From assembly GCA_943787795.1 (NCBI GenBank), contig CALSNU010000003.1, positions 384,001 to 448,000 of the forward strand: a stretch of 64,000 nt of DNA, written 5' to 3'. Within the stretch, counting starts at the first letter, position 1; each line of letters begins with the position of its first letter. Under the pieces are notes generated by a model that saw only the letters and a program-made list of their open reading frames with translations, made no database searches and was not told the DNA's origin. Position numbers and translations under genes: made by a program. Source of the DNA: an uncultured bacterium. Lineage in GTDB: Bacteria > Planctomycetota > UBA1135 > GCA-002686595. Below are positions 41,982-52,019 of this stretch, piece by piece.

Positions 41982-43169
41982 ATGAGCAGCACCGCCCACC
42001 GATTCCTCTTCCGCCCTGGCTTCGCCGCGTGTCTCGCCCTCACGGCCGTGTTCGCCGTCAGCGGGTGTGGTCCCGGCGCGGCCGCCGAGATCGACGGGCG
42101 CCGCACGTCCGAGCGCCCCTCGCTACCGGTTCGGCCCGGCGCCACGGTCTCCCAGCGGCTGCCGCTGCGGGAGCGGCCCCCCGCCAATAGTGGCCGCCGC
42201 GCACCGGACCCCGCCCAGGGCAGCGCACCCAGCGGAGCGGAGCTGGCAGCCATGTTCGACTACGAGGTCCCGGCTGGCTGGGAGGAGTTGCCGCCGACTC
42301 AGTTCCGGATCATCAACCTGCTGGTTCCTGCGGAGCCTCAGCCCGCTCAGGTCTCGCTGACGATGCTGATGGGCGATGGGGGCGGCGTCAGGGCCAACAT
42401 CGATCGGTGGCGCCGGCAGGTGGGGCTCGCCCCGATGAGCCAGGACGAGTTCCTGGCACTCAAGGAGCGCACCATGTTCAACCAGCCGGCGACCTACGTG
42501 GAGCTGGAGGGGAGCTACGAGGGGATGGATGGCACTCGCATCGCCGAGGCGGGCCTCTTCGGCGCGGTCTTTGCGCGGGGACAATCCGCGCTGTTCGTCA
42601 AGATGACGGGACCCTCAGAGCTGCTGGGGGCCCAGCGGTCCGCGTTCCTCGGCTTCCTCGATAGCCTGGCGCTCGCCGATCCGTCCGGCGCAGGCGCAGG
42701 CGCAGGGTCTGCACCGGGCGGTGGCGCGGGGGCTCGCGCTGGCGCGCCCGAATCCTCCCTCGCCTGGGCGGCGCCCTACGGTTGGACCGAGGAGGCCGCG
42801 ACCAGCTCCTTCCGTGAGGTCACGTTCCGCAAGGGCGCGGTGGAGATGTACATCTCCGTGGCGCGGGGCGGCGTGCTGGCCAACATCAACCGCTGGGCCG
42901 GGCAGCTAGGCCTCGATCCCCTGGACCAGGCCGGTCTGGAGGCCCTCGAGACGACCTCGATGATGGGGCTCACCGCGACGGTCTTCGAGGGCGTCGGCGC
43001 GCTGCAGGGCATGCGCGACCCCGCGCCCAAGCCGGACCAGCGAATGCTCGCCGCGATCGCGGAGAGCGGCGGCGTCATCGTGACCCTCAAGGCGACTGGG
43101 CCTAGCGGGGATGTGGCGGCGATCCGAGACGACTTCCTCAGCCTCGCAGGCTCGATCAGCGCGCGCTGA
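41982..43169 (+). CDS. Lipoprotein with an internally duplicated domain, upstream of ccsB
   Basis: Lipobox VSG|C; two copies of P.GW.E ... GGV.ANI.RW..Q.GL.P ... K.TGP. Confidence 0.8.
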   Translation: MSSTAHRFLFRPGFAACLALTAVFAVSGCGPGAAAEIDGRRTSERPSLPVRPGATVSQRLPLRERPPANSGRRAPDPAQGSAPSGAELAAMFDYEVPAGWEELPPTQFRIINLLVPAEPQPAQVSLTMLMGDGGGVRANIDRWRRQVGLAPMSQDEFLALKERTMFNQPATYVELEGSYEGMDGTRIAEAGLFGAVFARGQSALFVKMTGPSELLGAQRSAFLGFLDSLALADPSGAGAGAGSAPGGGAGARAGAPESSLAWAAPYGWTEEAATSSFREVTFRKGAVEMYISVARGGVLANINRWAGQLGLDPLDQAGLEALETTSMMGLTATVFEGVGALQGMRDPAPKPDQRMLAAIAESGGVIVTLKATGPSGDVAAIRDDFLSLAGSISAR

Positions 43170-43182
43170 ACCACGTGACTCC

Positions 43183-44400
43183 ATGGCAAAGAAACCCACG
43201 ACTCTGATCGGCAAGATCGTCGCTCCGCTCGGGTCCTTCTGGCTCGCGGTGGCGCTCCTGGTGAACCTGTTTCTCCTGACCTGGCTCGGCACCCTCGAGC
43301 AGGTCGAGAAGGGCATCCATCAGGTTCAGGAGGAGTACTTCGAGTCCTGGATCGTCTTCGCCAAGGCGGGGAAGCTGAGCCTGCTGCTGCCGGGCGGCTA
43401 CATCACCATGGGTCTCTTCACCCTCAACCTCCTCGTGGGAGGGATGGTGCGCATCCGCAAGTCCCGGCGGACAGTGGGGGTCATTATTGCCCACGTGGGC
43501 ATCGCGCTCATGATGCTCGGCGGGCTGGTCGAACACGCCACCAGCATCTACGGCCGGATCGCCCTCAAGGAGGGCGAGCAGGGCGCGAACTTCGAAGAGT
43601 ACTCCGGCTGGGAGCTCGTTCTCTGGGATGCCTCCCAGACGCGGGATGTCCAGGAGTTCACAATCTCAGAGGACAAGCTTGAGGGCCTCGATGGGGGCAC
43701 CCAGCGCGTCCTTGAGAGCGGAGATCTGCCCTTTCGGCTCGTGGCGACGCGCTACATGCGTAACTCGCTCCCGACCTCCATCTCGAGGATCCAGCCCGGC
43801 GACGAGATGGACGCGCCGGACTATGACGGCTTCTTCCTCGCCGAGCAGCGCCGCAGCAAGGAGGCCGAGGCCGATGTCCCCGGACTCTACCTCCGCGCCG
43901 AGACGTTGAACGGGCGGACCGTGGCCGAGTCCTTCATCTTCGGGCGGGACAAGCACCCGCTGACCTTTGAGGCAGGGGGCAAGGACTGGGCGGTCGCCCT
44001 CCGGCACCGGCGCCACTCCATGCCCTTCAGCCTACGCCTCGAGAAGTTCACCAAGGACGACCACCCGGGCATCGCCATGGCGCGTGCCTACTCGAGCTCC
44101 GTGATTCAAATCGACGAGGATGGCACCGAGGTCCCGGTGCTGATCGAGATGAACAAGCCGCTCCGTTCCGACGGGCTGATCATTTACCAGGCGAGCTACG
44201 GGCCTCCTGAGGGCGTCCCCGGTGAGCCGTACACCGTCCTGGCCGTCTCCCGCAACCCGAGCGACCGCATCCCGTGGATCTCGGTGGCGGTGATCGCCCT
44301 CGGTCTGATCTGGACCTTCCTCGACCGTCTCTTCCTCTTCCTGGGCAAGGAGCGCCGACGTTCCGCTCAGGCGGCCTCCGCCCAAGGTGACCCGCGATGA
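43183..44400 (+). CDS. ccsB: Cytochrome c biogenesis protein, system II ResB/CcsB-like
   Basis: N-terminal TMs, LTWLGTLEQ, GVIIAHVG (conserved His), PFSLRLEKF, YSS.V, I.MNKPL..G..IYQASY, C-terminal TM. Confidence 0.88.
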   Translation: MAKKPTTLIGKIVAPLGSFWLAVALLVNLFLLTWLGTLEQVEKGIHQVQEEYFESWIVFAKAGKLSLLLPGGYITMGLFTLNLLVGGMVRIRKSRRTVGVIIAHVGIALMMLGGLVEHATSIYGRIALKEGEQGANFEEYSGWELVLWDASQTRDVQEFTISEDKLEGLDGGTQRVLESGDLPFRLVATRYMRNSLPTSISRIQPGDEMDAPDYDGFFLAEQRRSKEAEADVPGLYLRAETLNGRTVAESFIFGRDKHPLTFEAGGKDWAVALRHRRHSMPFSLRLEKFTKDDHPGIAMARAYSSSVIQIDEDGTEVPVLIEMNKPLRSDGLIIYQASYGPPEGVPGEPYTVLAVSRNPSDRIPWISVAVIALGLIWTFLDRLFLFLGKERRRSAQAASAQGDPR

Positions 44401-46490
44401 CTTCCAAAGACAGCACTCTAAAGGGTCCTCCTGGCGCTCCGCGATGGGCCGCCGCGCGCTCGGCACTCCTGGCGACGCTGCTCCTCCTGATCGTAGGGCT
44501 GGCTGGCGCGGCCCCGGCGACGGCGCAGCGCAAGGTCGAGCGCGCCGACGTGGACGTGACGAGGACGCAGCCCTGGCCTGAGGCGGTGGTGGAGGCCTTC
44601 GGGCAGCTGCCGGTTCAGGACCGCGGCCGTGTGAAGCCGCTCTCGACGGTCGCGGGCTTCCGGATGCTGAACACCAACGGCAAGCGGAGCTTTGAGATCC
44701 CGGAGGGGTCAGGCCTCCCCACGGCGCCGGAGAAGCTTTCGCCGACGACGTGGTACCTCGACGCCATGTTCTTCCCCGAGCAGGCGCGCACCTACGAGGT
44801 CTTCCTCGTGGACGACAACGCGGTGCTGGAGGCCATGGGGCTGCGCTTCGAGGGACGTAAGCGGCGGGACCGCTACTCCTACAACCAGCTGTCGGCCGGG
44901 CGCGGGAAGATGGAGGAGCTCGCCAGGGTGGCCTTCGCCAAGGAGGGCGCGGAGCGGACGCGGGTCGAGACCCAGCTCATTGCGCTGCGGGAGAATCTCA
45001 TCCAGTACGAGGTGCTGGAGCTCACCTTCAGCGGGCTGGCTGCGCGGCTCGGTCCGGAGGCGCCCGCCGAGCTGATCGAGATTTACCCCGAGACCGCGGG
45101 CGGCGCGAGCATCGGGACCCAGGTGGTCCTCGATCGCTGGTCCGAGGCCCTTGATTGGCGGCAAGCCGCCGAGGGAGCTGCGGAGGGTGACGAGCGGGAC
45201 CGGGCCATCGCCCCGCTGTACAACAGCATCCTCCTCCTCATTGAGACGGCGGACTACAGCCTGGCGCTGTTCCCCTCCGAGGATGGCGAGGTGGAGAAGT
45301 GGCAGACCGCGGGCGAGCTGCTCGAGCGGAGGATGGATCCCGCGCAGCTGGACCCCACCGCCGAGGAGCTCGCGCTCTTCTCTGCCTATGCCGAGCTAGC
45401 TGGCGTCGAGAGCGACGTCAGCGTGATTGGCCCGGCGGTCCTGGCGGCCTTCGAGGCGGGCAAGGACGCCGCTGCGGGTCGGGGCGAGTTCGAGAAGATC
45501 CCGATGGAGGTCAGCTACTACAAGCGGGACTACTTCACGAAAGCGCTGGTCTTCTTCCTGCTGGGATTCCTGACCGTCGCCCTCTCCTGGCTTCGACCTG
45601 GTGGCGTTCTTCTGCCGCGTCTGACCTGGTTCTTCGTCGCCGGTGGCCTCGCCTCGGCGTCGGTCGGGGTCACCGTTCGCTGCCTGCTCCTTGAGCGGCC
45701 TCCGGTGGCCACGCTCTACGAGACGATCCTCTTCATCACCTCGATCGCGGTCCTCGTGTGCCTCGTCGCCGAGCGGCTCACCAAGGAGCGCGTCGCGCTG
45801 GCGCTCGGCGCGAGCCTGGGGGCCGCCGGGATGTTCCTGGCCATGCGCTATGAGGCCGTCGAGGCGGCCAGTCAGGGCGACACCATGGGGGGGCTGATCG
45901 CCGTCCTCAACACGAACTTCTGGCTCGCCACCCACGTCACGACCGTGACCATGGGCTACTCGGCGGGCCTGCTCGCCGCGGCGCTCGGCCATGTCTGGCT
46001 CGTCCTTCGGCTGGGCCGGGCGCTCAAGAACCGCGGACCTGAGCTCAGCCGTGAGCAATCCGACTGGTTCCGCCGCTTCGGTCGCATGACCTACGGGGTC
46101 CTGTGCTTCGGGCTCCTGTTCTCGGTGGTCGGGACCATCCTCGGCGGCGTCTGGGCCAACGACTCCTGGGGCCGCTTCTGGGGCTGGGACCCCAAGGAGA
46201 ACGGCGCCCTGATGATCGTCCTCTATGAGCTGGTCATCCTCCACGCGCGCATGGGGGGCTACATCAAGGATTTCGGCGTCGCCGTGCTGGCCGTGGTCGG
46301 CGGTTCGATCGTGGCCTTCTCATGGTTCCACGTGAACCAGCTCGGCGTCGGGCTTCACTCCTACGGCTTCACCGAGGGGGTCCTTGGCACCCTGTGGACC
46401 TATTACTACCTGGTCGCCGCCTTCGTCGCGGTCTCCCTGGGTGGGTGGTACCTCCTGGTTCGTCCCCGGCGTAACCTCGGGGCTGCATGA
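44397..46490 (+). CDS. ccsA: Cytochrome c biogenesis protein, system II ResC/CcsA with large N-terminal soluble domain
   Basis: LPVQDRGRVKPL, RPPVATLYET, VLNTNFWLATHV, WWD motif GGVWANDSWGRFWGWDPKENGAL, GLHSYG. Confidence 0.93.
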   Translation: MTSKDSTLKGPPGAPRWAAARSALLATLLLLIVGLAGAAPATAQRKVERADVDVTRTQPWPEAVVEAFGQLPVQDRGRVKPLSTVAGFRMLNTNGKRSFEIPEGSGLPTAPEKLSPTTWYLDAMFFPEQARTYEVFLVDDNAVLEAMGLRFEGRKRRDRYSYNQLSAGRGKMEELARVAFAKEGAERTRVETQLIALRENLIQYEVLELTFSGLAARLGPEAPAELIEIYPETAGGASIGTQVVLDRWSEALDWRQAAEGAAEGDERDRAIAPLYNSILLLIETADYSLALFPSEDGEVEKWQTAGELLERRMDPAQLDPTAEELALFSAYAELAGVESDVSVIGPAVLAAFEAGKDAAAGRGEFEKIPMEVSYYKRDYFTKALVFFLLGFLTVALSWLRPGGVLLPRLTWFFVAGGLASASVGVTVRCLLLERPPVATLYETILFITSIAVLVCLVAERLTKERVALALGASLGAAGMFLAMRYEAVEAASQGDTMGGLIAVLNTNFWLATHVTTVTMGYSAGLLAAALGHVWLVLRLGRALKNRGPELSREQSDWFRRFGRMTYGVLCFGLLFSVVGTILGGVWANDSWGRFWGWDPKENGALMIVLYELVILHARMGGYIKDFGVAVLAVVGGSIVAFSWFHVNQLGVGLHSYGFTEGVLGTLWTYYYLVAAFVAVSLGGWYLLVRPRRNLGAA

Positions 46491-47380
46491 GCCAAGACTC
46501 CAACGCCTCGTCCGCCACAAGCGGCGCCCAGATCCTCGACGGTAAGGCCACCGCGGCGGCGGTCCGCGCGGACGTGGCCGCGGGGGTGGACGCCCTCGTC
46601 GCCGGCGGCGGCCGCCAGCCCGGCCTGACCGTGGTGTTGGTGGGAGAGGATCCCCCGAGCCAGGTCTACGTCCGCTCCAAGGACCGGGCAGCCACCGAGG
46701 CGGGCTTCCGTGTCGAGACCGTGCGCATGGCGGCCGACAGCCAGCAGGCGGACGTCGAGGCGACGGTTCGCCGGCTTAACGGAGACGACGGAGTGGACGG
46801 GATCCTGGTGCAGCTGCCGCTGCCCAAGGGGCTCGACGCAGACGCGGTGACCGAGCTGATCGATCCGGCCAAGGATGTGGACGGGCTGACCAAGGACAAC
46901 ATCGCCCGGCTCGTGCTGGGGCAGGACGGCCTCGTTCCTTGCACCCCGGCGGGCTGCATCGAGATCTGTGACCGTCACGGCATCTCGCTCTCGGGCAAGG
47001 ACGTGGTCGTGATCGGCCGCTCGCACCTCGTGGGCAAGCCCTTCGCTCAGCTTGCGCTGGCGAGGAACGCGACGGTGACCATCTGCCATAGCCGCACGCG
47101 AGACCTGGAGGCTCACTGCCGGGCCGCTGACGTGGTCGTGGCGGCCGTGGGGGTGACCGAGCTCGTGAAGGGCTCGTGGCTCAAGGAGGGGGCCGTGGTC
47201 CTCGACGTGGGCATCAACCGCGGCGACGACGGCAAGCTCCGCGGGGACGTGGAGTTCGAGACCGCCAGGCAGCGTGCTTCGGCCATCACGCCCGTCCCTG
47301 GCGGCGTCGGACCCATGACGATCGCCATGCTCCTCGCGAACACGCTGGAGACCTCGCGGCGCCGTCAGGGCCGCGCCTGA
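46487..47380 (+). CDS. folD: Methylenetetrahydrofolate dehydrogenase/cyclohydrolase
   Basis: ILDGK, YVRSK, GILVQLPLP, KDVDG, PCTP, GRS.LVGKP, DVGINR, TPVPGGVGPMT. Confidence 0.97.
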   Translation: MSQDSNASSATSGAQILDGKATAAAVRADVAAGVDALVAGGGRQPGLTVVLVGEDPPSQVYVRSKDRAATEAGFRVETVRMAADSQQADVEATVRRLNGDDGVDGILVQLPLPKGLDADAVTELIDPAKDVDGLTKDNIARLVLGQDGLVPCTPAGCIEICDRHGISLSGKDVVVIGRSHLVGKPFAQLALARNATVTICHSRTRDLEAHCRAADVVVAAVGVTELVKGSWLKEGAVVLDVGINRGDDGKLRGDVEFETARQRASAITPVPGGVGPMTIAMLLANTLETSRRRQGRA

Positions 47381-47407
47381 GCCCGGCTCTCGCCGTCTGA
47401 TCCAGGG

Positions 47408-48256
47408 ATGACGAACTACGACGACGGGTACGGCCAGCCACGGCCGCAGGTGTCTCTCCCGCCGCTCACCCCCTGGGTGCGGCGGCTCATGATCGCGAAC
47501 GTGACGGTGTTCGTGTTCCTCGCGGTGGTGGGGCTCGGTTCGCTGGACCTGCAGAACTCCTTCCTGGACTTCTTCGGGCTCGACCCCGACATGTGGCAGG
47601 CGTACATCCCCGCGGTGTGGCAGCTGGGCACCTACGCCTTCCTGCATGACATGGGGGGGCTCGGGCACCTGCTGTTCAACATGCTGGTGCTCTACTTCTT
47701 CGGCACCATGCTGGAGGGGATCATCGGCGGCCGGCGCTTCATCACGCACTACATGGGCGCGGCGGTGGCTGGCGCCACGCTGCACCTTGTCGTCGAGCTG
47801 GCGAAGGGGCAGGCCACTTACCTGCCCGCCATTGGCGCCTCTGGCGCCGTCATGGGCGTGGTGGTCGCAACAGCCACGCTCAGGCCCCACACGCAGGTCC
47901 TGTTCATCTTCATTCCGGTGAAGCTGTGGGTCATGGCGGCGCTCTACGTGGCGTCCGACCTCTACCCGCTGATCCTCCAGCTCTCAGGGGCGGGCTCTTC
48001 CGGAAATGTCGCCCACCTGATCCACCTCGGCGGCGCCCTCTACGGGTTCCTTGGTGCGCGCTACGGGTGGATCATGAAGGACCCAGTCGCGGGGCTGGAG
48101 CGCAAGCGAGCCGTGGCGGCGGCGGAGCGGAGCCTGGGCGACCGGCAGCGCCTGGACGCCCTGCTCGAGAAGATCAACCGTGAGGGCATTGGCTCCCTCA
48201 GCCGCGCCGAGAGGGCTTTCCTCAAGAAGGCCTCCGAGCGCGGTCGGCCCAGCTAG
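47408..48256 (+). CDS. Rhomboid-family intramembrane serine protease
   Basis: WQLGTYAFLH, HLLFNML, GASG, AHLIHLGG; C-terminal LDALLEKI..EG..SLS.AE..FL tail. Confidence 0.92.
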   Translation: MTNYDDGYGQPRPQVSLPPLTPWVRRLMIANVTVFVFLAVVGLGSLDLQNSFLDFFGLDPDMWQAYIPAVWQLGTYAFLHDMGGLGHLLFNMLVLYFFGTMLEGIIGGRRFITHYMGAAVAGATLHLVVELAKGQATYLPAIGASGAVMGVVVATATLRPHTQVLFIFIPVKLWVMAALYVASDLYPLILQLSGAGSSGNVAHLIHLGGALYGFLGARYGWIMKDPVAGLERKRAVAAAERSLGDRQRLDALLEKINREGIGSLSRAERAFLKKASERGRPS

Positions 48257-48462
48257 CTCCCCGTGTCTCCTGGGGCCCGGGAGGGATGCGGCCCCTGGGG
48301 ATCTCGGGCTCGCTGCGACGGCTCAGGACCCCATGGCCCCGGGCCACGGCGTCGATGCACCCGGATCCGTCGTTGGAGTGGTCCTCGAGGTGCAACGCGC
48401 CGAGCGTGCGCCGCTACCATAAGCGGGCCCGACGGCCCTCTCCTGAGCCCTTTGATCACGCC

Positions 48463-50478
48463 ATGGCACGCCTCCCCATCCTCGCGCTCTTCGCCCTTCT
48501 CTGCAGCTTCCTGTTCGCGGCCCCTGCGGTCGCGCAGGACAAGAACACCCAGTTCCGTCTCGAGTTTGACAAGGCCGCCAAGATCGGCTCCAAGTCGAAG
48601 ATGGACAGCCTGATGAGGGACGGGATGGACGAGGGTGTGTTCTGCATCCTCAACACCGCGATGCTCATCTCCAACTCGCCCAACGACGTGCTCTATGAGC
48701 GCTTCGAGGCGTTGAGCGGTTCGTGGACTCGATGCTTCGAGAGCAACTTCCCGTCGAAGATGGAGCGCTTCTGGGCGAAGCTCGATGCCAACCAGAAGCG
48801 CAACCGATACACCCAGAAGCAGAAGTTCGACAAGGTCAATCGCGAGCAGGCGGAGGCTAACGCGGCGAAGGACAAGAAGGCGCTCCTGCGCATCGCCGAT
48901 GAGTACGAGTCCCTCGTCAAGGGGTTCGAGGAGCTCGGCGACCGGTGGATGGTGGGGCAGTGCTACATCGGGCTGGCGACGGCGCTCGAGGAGACGTACC
49001 ACGGCAAGAAGGCCGACCTCCGCCGCGTGGCCGCCGGCTACGCACGCTTCATCGCGATCCGAGAGGACCTTGGCGTGAAGGACCGCACCTTCAAGCAGAG
49101 CGCTCCCCGCCTGAAGTCACTGGAGGCGCTCGGGTTCGGGGGCGGAGGCGAGAGCGGAGGCTCCGGCGGCTCTGGCGGCGGCGCTGCAGCGGCTCCGGCG
49201 GGACCCAAGTCCACGGGCGCAGCGGTGACCGCCAAGCTGGCCTTCGAGGCCTTCAAGGCCGTGAAGGACACGCAGCGTCCCAACTACTATCTGGATGAGC
49301 ACCGCCAGATCTGGCCGACGGTCGTGCTGCAGGGTAAGGGCTCCACGGGCAAGTTTGTCCGGGTCGCCGATAGCCCGACCATGACCCGCGCGGCCTCCAG
49401 CAAGGTCACGATCGAGGGGGGCGGTGTCGACGACACGTGGCCCCTTCGCGGCAAGCTCGAGCCCGTGACGTTCGAGCTGGGCACGGGGCCCTCCAAGCGC
49501 CGCTGGGCCGTGCTCTGCGACATGGGGCGAGAGGTGGACTACTACCAGGGCATCACCATGAACCTGGGGATGACCGACACCTCCCTGAGCCTCTACTTCT
49601 TGCCGGGCGGGGCGATGGAGGGTGAGGTCGCCGGTGAGAAGGTCGAGATCGTCGACGACAACTTCGACGGGATCTACGGCTCGCTCCCGCAGAGCTGGGA
49701 GCACTTCGGCATCGTCAAGGGCGCGTTCCAGCCGGAGTTCGACTCGATCCGCGTTGGCGGAGCCAAGAAGGCGCAGCCCTTCTCGGAGTACGTCAACCTC
49801 GGGGGCGCAGGGTGGCACAAGCTCGAGGCGCTCAACGGCGGCGTCGAGCTCAAGGCGCAACCCTTCGAGTTCAAGACGGGCACGGTGCAGCTGAAGTCCA
49901 AGGGGCTGAAGCCCGACTATTACGTGCTCAAGGGGGTCGGCAAGGACCTGGAGAACACCTACATCGACGTCTCCGGCGGCAAGAAGGTCGAGGTCCCGAT
50001 CGGCCGCTGGGAGCTCTGCTTCGGGCTGGTTCGCAAGGGCAAGAAGATGCAGATGATGAAGGCCGTCATCCTTCCGACGGAGAACATGGGCGTCTACGAC
50101 GTGCTCGAGGGCAAGAACGTCGTGGTGGCGACGGGCTCCCCCTTCACCTTCGACTACGAGTACGAGGCCTCCAGCAGCGGGGTGACCGTGGACGGCACCT
50201 CGGTTCGGGTGATCGGTGTCGGTGGGGAGTCCTACGAGCGCATCTACGGCGCCGTTCCGGTGCCCGAGGCGGCGGTTCGAAAGCAGGGCGGGAAGCGCGC
50301 TGCGGTGACCGAGAAGCTGAAGCCTGCCCTCGATCAGGACGGCGTGCAGAAGCACGGTTGGGCGGCCCTTTGGAAGCCGCTCACCAAGGAGATCCCCGCC
50401 AGGGTCGGGGACGCAGAAGTGCAGCTGTCGGAGAAGAAGAATCGGCTCTTCGGCAAGATCACATCCGACTGGCAGTGA
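48463..50478 (+). CDS. Large secreted hypothetical protein
   Basis: Sec signal (..AVA|Q); helical N-terminal part, Gly-rich linker, beta-rich C-terminal part; start taken at MARLP. Confidence 0.8.
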   Translation: MARLPILALFALLCSFLFAAPAVAQDKNTQFRLEFDKAAKIGSKSKMDSLMRDGMDEGVFCILNTAMLISNSPNDVLYERFEALSGSWTRCFESNFPSKMERFWAKLDANQKRNRYTQKQKFDKVNREQAEANAAKDKKALLRIADEYESLVKGFEELGDRWMVGQCYIGLATALEETYHGKKADLRRVAAGYARFIAIREDLGVKDRTFKQSAPRLKSLEALGFGGGGESGGSGGSGGGAAAAPAGPKSTGAAVTAKLAFEAFKAVKDTQRPNYYLDEHRQIWPTVVLQGKGSTGKFVRVADSPTMTRAASSKVTIEGGGVDDTWPLRGKLEPVTFELGTGPSKRRWAVLCDMGREVDYYQGITMNLGMTDTSLSLYFLPGGAMEGEVAGEKVEIVDDNFDGIYGSLPQSWEHFGIVKGAFQPEFDSIRVGGAKKAQPFSEYVNLGGAGWHKLEALNGGVELKAQPFEFKTGTVQLKSKGLKPDYYVLKGVGKDLENTYIDVSGGKKVEVPIGRWELCFGLVRKGKKMQMMKAVILPTENMGVYDVLEGKNVVVATGSPFTFDYEYEASSSGVTVDGTSVRVIGVGGESYERIYGAVPVPEAAVRKQGGKRAAVTEKLKPALDQDGVQKHGWAALWKPLTKEIPARVGDAEVQLSEKKNRLFGKITSDWQ

Positions 50479-50572
50479 TGATGTGTCGGCGTGCGCCCGA
50501 TCCGGCGGCACCCTGTCACCCCCTCCCTCACCCTGACCCCATGCGACCCGCCCCTGGTGGCGGGCTCCCGAC

Positions 50573-51853
50573 GTGCTGGACCTGAAATTCATCGTCAACA
50601 ACCCCGACGTCGTGAAGGCGGGGGCCGCCAAGAAGCACATCCCGTGCGACGTGGACGAGATCCTGCGGCTCGACGCCGAGCGCAGGGAGCTGGTAGGGCA
50701 GGTCGACGAGGCGCGCTCGCGGTCCAAGGCCGCGGGCAAGACCATCGCGAGCGCGACGCCGGAGGAGCGTCCGGCGCTGGTGGAGGCTCAGGCCCACGGG
50801 AAGGCCGCGCTGAAGGCCATGGAGGCGCGCCAGAAGGAGGTCGTCGAGGCCCTCGACGCCCTGCTCCTGCTCGTGCCGAACGTCCCCGCTGAGGCGGTGC
50901 CGGAGGGCGGAACAGACGAGGACAACGTGGAGATCAAGCGCTGGGGGGAGCCCAAGACGTTCGGCTTCACGCCGCGCTCCCACAGCGAGCTAGGAGAGGC
51001 GCACAACTGGATCGACTCCGTGCGTGGCGCCCGCCTCTCCGGAAGCCGGAACTACGTTCTGCTGGGGGACATGTCGCTCCTCGAGCACGCCGTCATGCGC
51101 TTCGCGTTCGACTCCATGGTGGCCCGCGGCTTCACGCCTCTCTCGGTCCCCACCCTGGTGCGGAGCGAGACCATGGTGGGGACGGGGTACTTTCCGGGCG
51201 GGGAGGATCAGGCCTATCGCTGCGATGAGCGGGATGACCTCTGCCTGGTGGGCACGGCGGAGGTTCCGGTGACGGCGCTCTACCAGGACGAGATCCTGGA
51301 CGGGGCTGACCTGCCGCTGAAGTTCGTCGCCCAGTCGAGCTGCTATCGCCGCGAGGCGGGGACCTACGGCAAGGACACCAAGGGGCTCTATCGCGTGCAT
51401 CAGTTTCAGAAGGTGGAGCAGGTGGTCATCGACGCCGCCAGCGGGGAGGGGAGCCTCGCGCACCACGAGGCGATCCTCGGCAACTCCGAGGCGGTCCTCC
51501 AGGCGCTGGATCTGCCGTATCGGGTCGTCAACGTCTGCGGCGGCGATCTGGGGCAGCCCCAGATCCAGAAGTTCGACATCGAGACCTGGATGCCGTCCAG
51601 GGAGAGCTACGGGGAGACCCACAGCGCGTCGCGCTTCCATGACTTCCAGGCCCGCCGGCTCGGGCTCCGATACCGGGACGCGGAGGGCAAGGTGCGCCAT
51701 TGCCACACGCTCAACAACACCGTCGCGGCCTCGACCCGGATGCTCATCGCGCTGGTGGAGAACCACCAGAACGAGGACGGAACCGTGACGATTCCGGAGC
51801 CGCTGCGAGCCTACCTCGGCGGCCGCGAGGTGCTCGGGGCACCGCTGGGCTGA
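50573..51853 (+). CDS. serS: Serine--tRNA ligase
   Basis: MLDLKFI, LVGTAEVP, CYRREAG..GKDTKGLYRVHQF.KVE, DIETWMP, E.HSAS..DFQARR, HTLNNT. Confidence 0.97.
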   Translation: MLDLKFIVNNPDVVKAGAAKKHIPCDVDEILRLDAERRELVGQVDEARSRSKAAGKTIASATPEERPALVEAQAHGKAALKAMEARQKEVVEALDALLLLVPNVPAEAVPEGGTDEDNVEIKRWGEPKTFGFTPRSHSELGEAHNWIDSVRGARLSGSRNYVLLGDMSLLEHAVMRFAFDSMVARGFTPLSVPTLVRSETMVGTGYFPGGEDQAYRCDERDDLCLVGTAEVPVTALYQDEILDGADLPLKFVAQSSCYRREAGTYGKDTKGLYRVHQFQKVEQVVIDAASGEGSLAHHEAILGNSEAVLQALDLPYRVVNVCGGDLGQPQIQKFDIETWMPSRESYGETHSASRFHDFQARRLGLRYRDAEGKVRHCHTLNNTVAASTRMLIALVENHQNEDGTVTIPEPLRAYLGGREVLGAPLG

Positions 51854-51958
51854 CCGTGCAGTGCGGCGTCGGTGGACGCCGCTCTTCGGCGGGGCGCCCG
51901 GCGGCGCGGCAGAGCCGTGTAAGGCCCTGACTCCGTGGGCCCGATTCAATGGGCCGGG

Positions 51959-52019
51959 CTCAGTGGATCTGACTCAGTGGATCTGACTCAGTGGATCGGG
52001 CTCAGTGGATCTGGCTCAG
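51959..52019. repeat. Intergenic tandem repeat, 14-bp unit CTCAGTGGATCTG(A/G) x4 plus partial
   Basis: Units at 51959, 51973, 51987, 52001, between convergent serS and gspJ. Confidence 0.92.

Noticed and set aside
47408..48256. Rhomboid protease as a rhombosortase for a C-terminal sorting system
   Set aside because: It has the ordinary rhomboid plus soluble C-tail architecture, and no GlyGly-CTERM-like substrate with a C-terminal TM helix is seen in the window
51959..52019. Short repeat arrays here and at 8862 and 63237 as possible CRISPR arrays
   Set aside because: Units are 10-21 bp and directly adjacent with no unique spacers; no cas genes in the window
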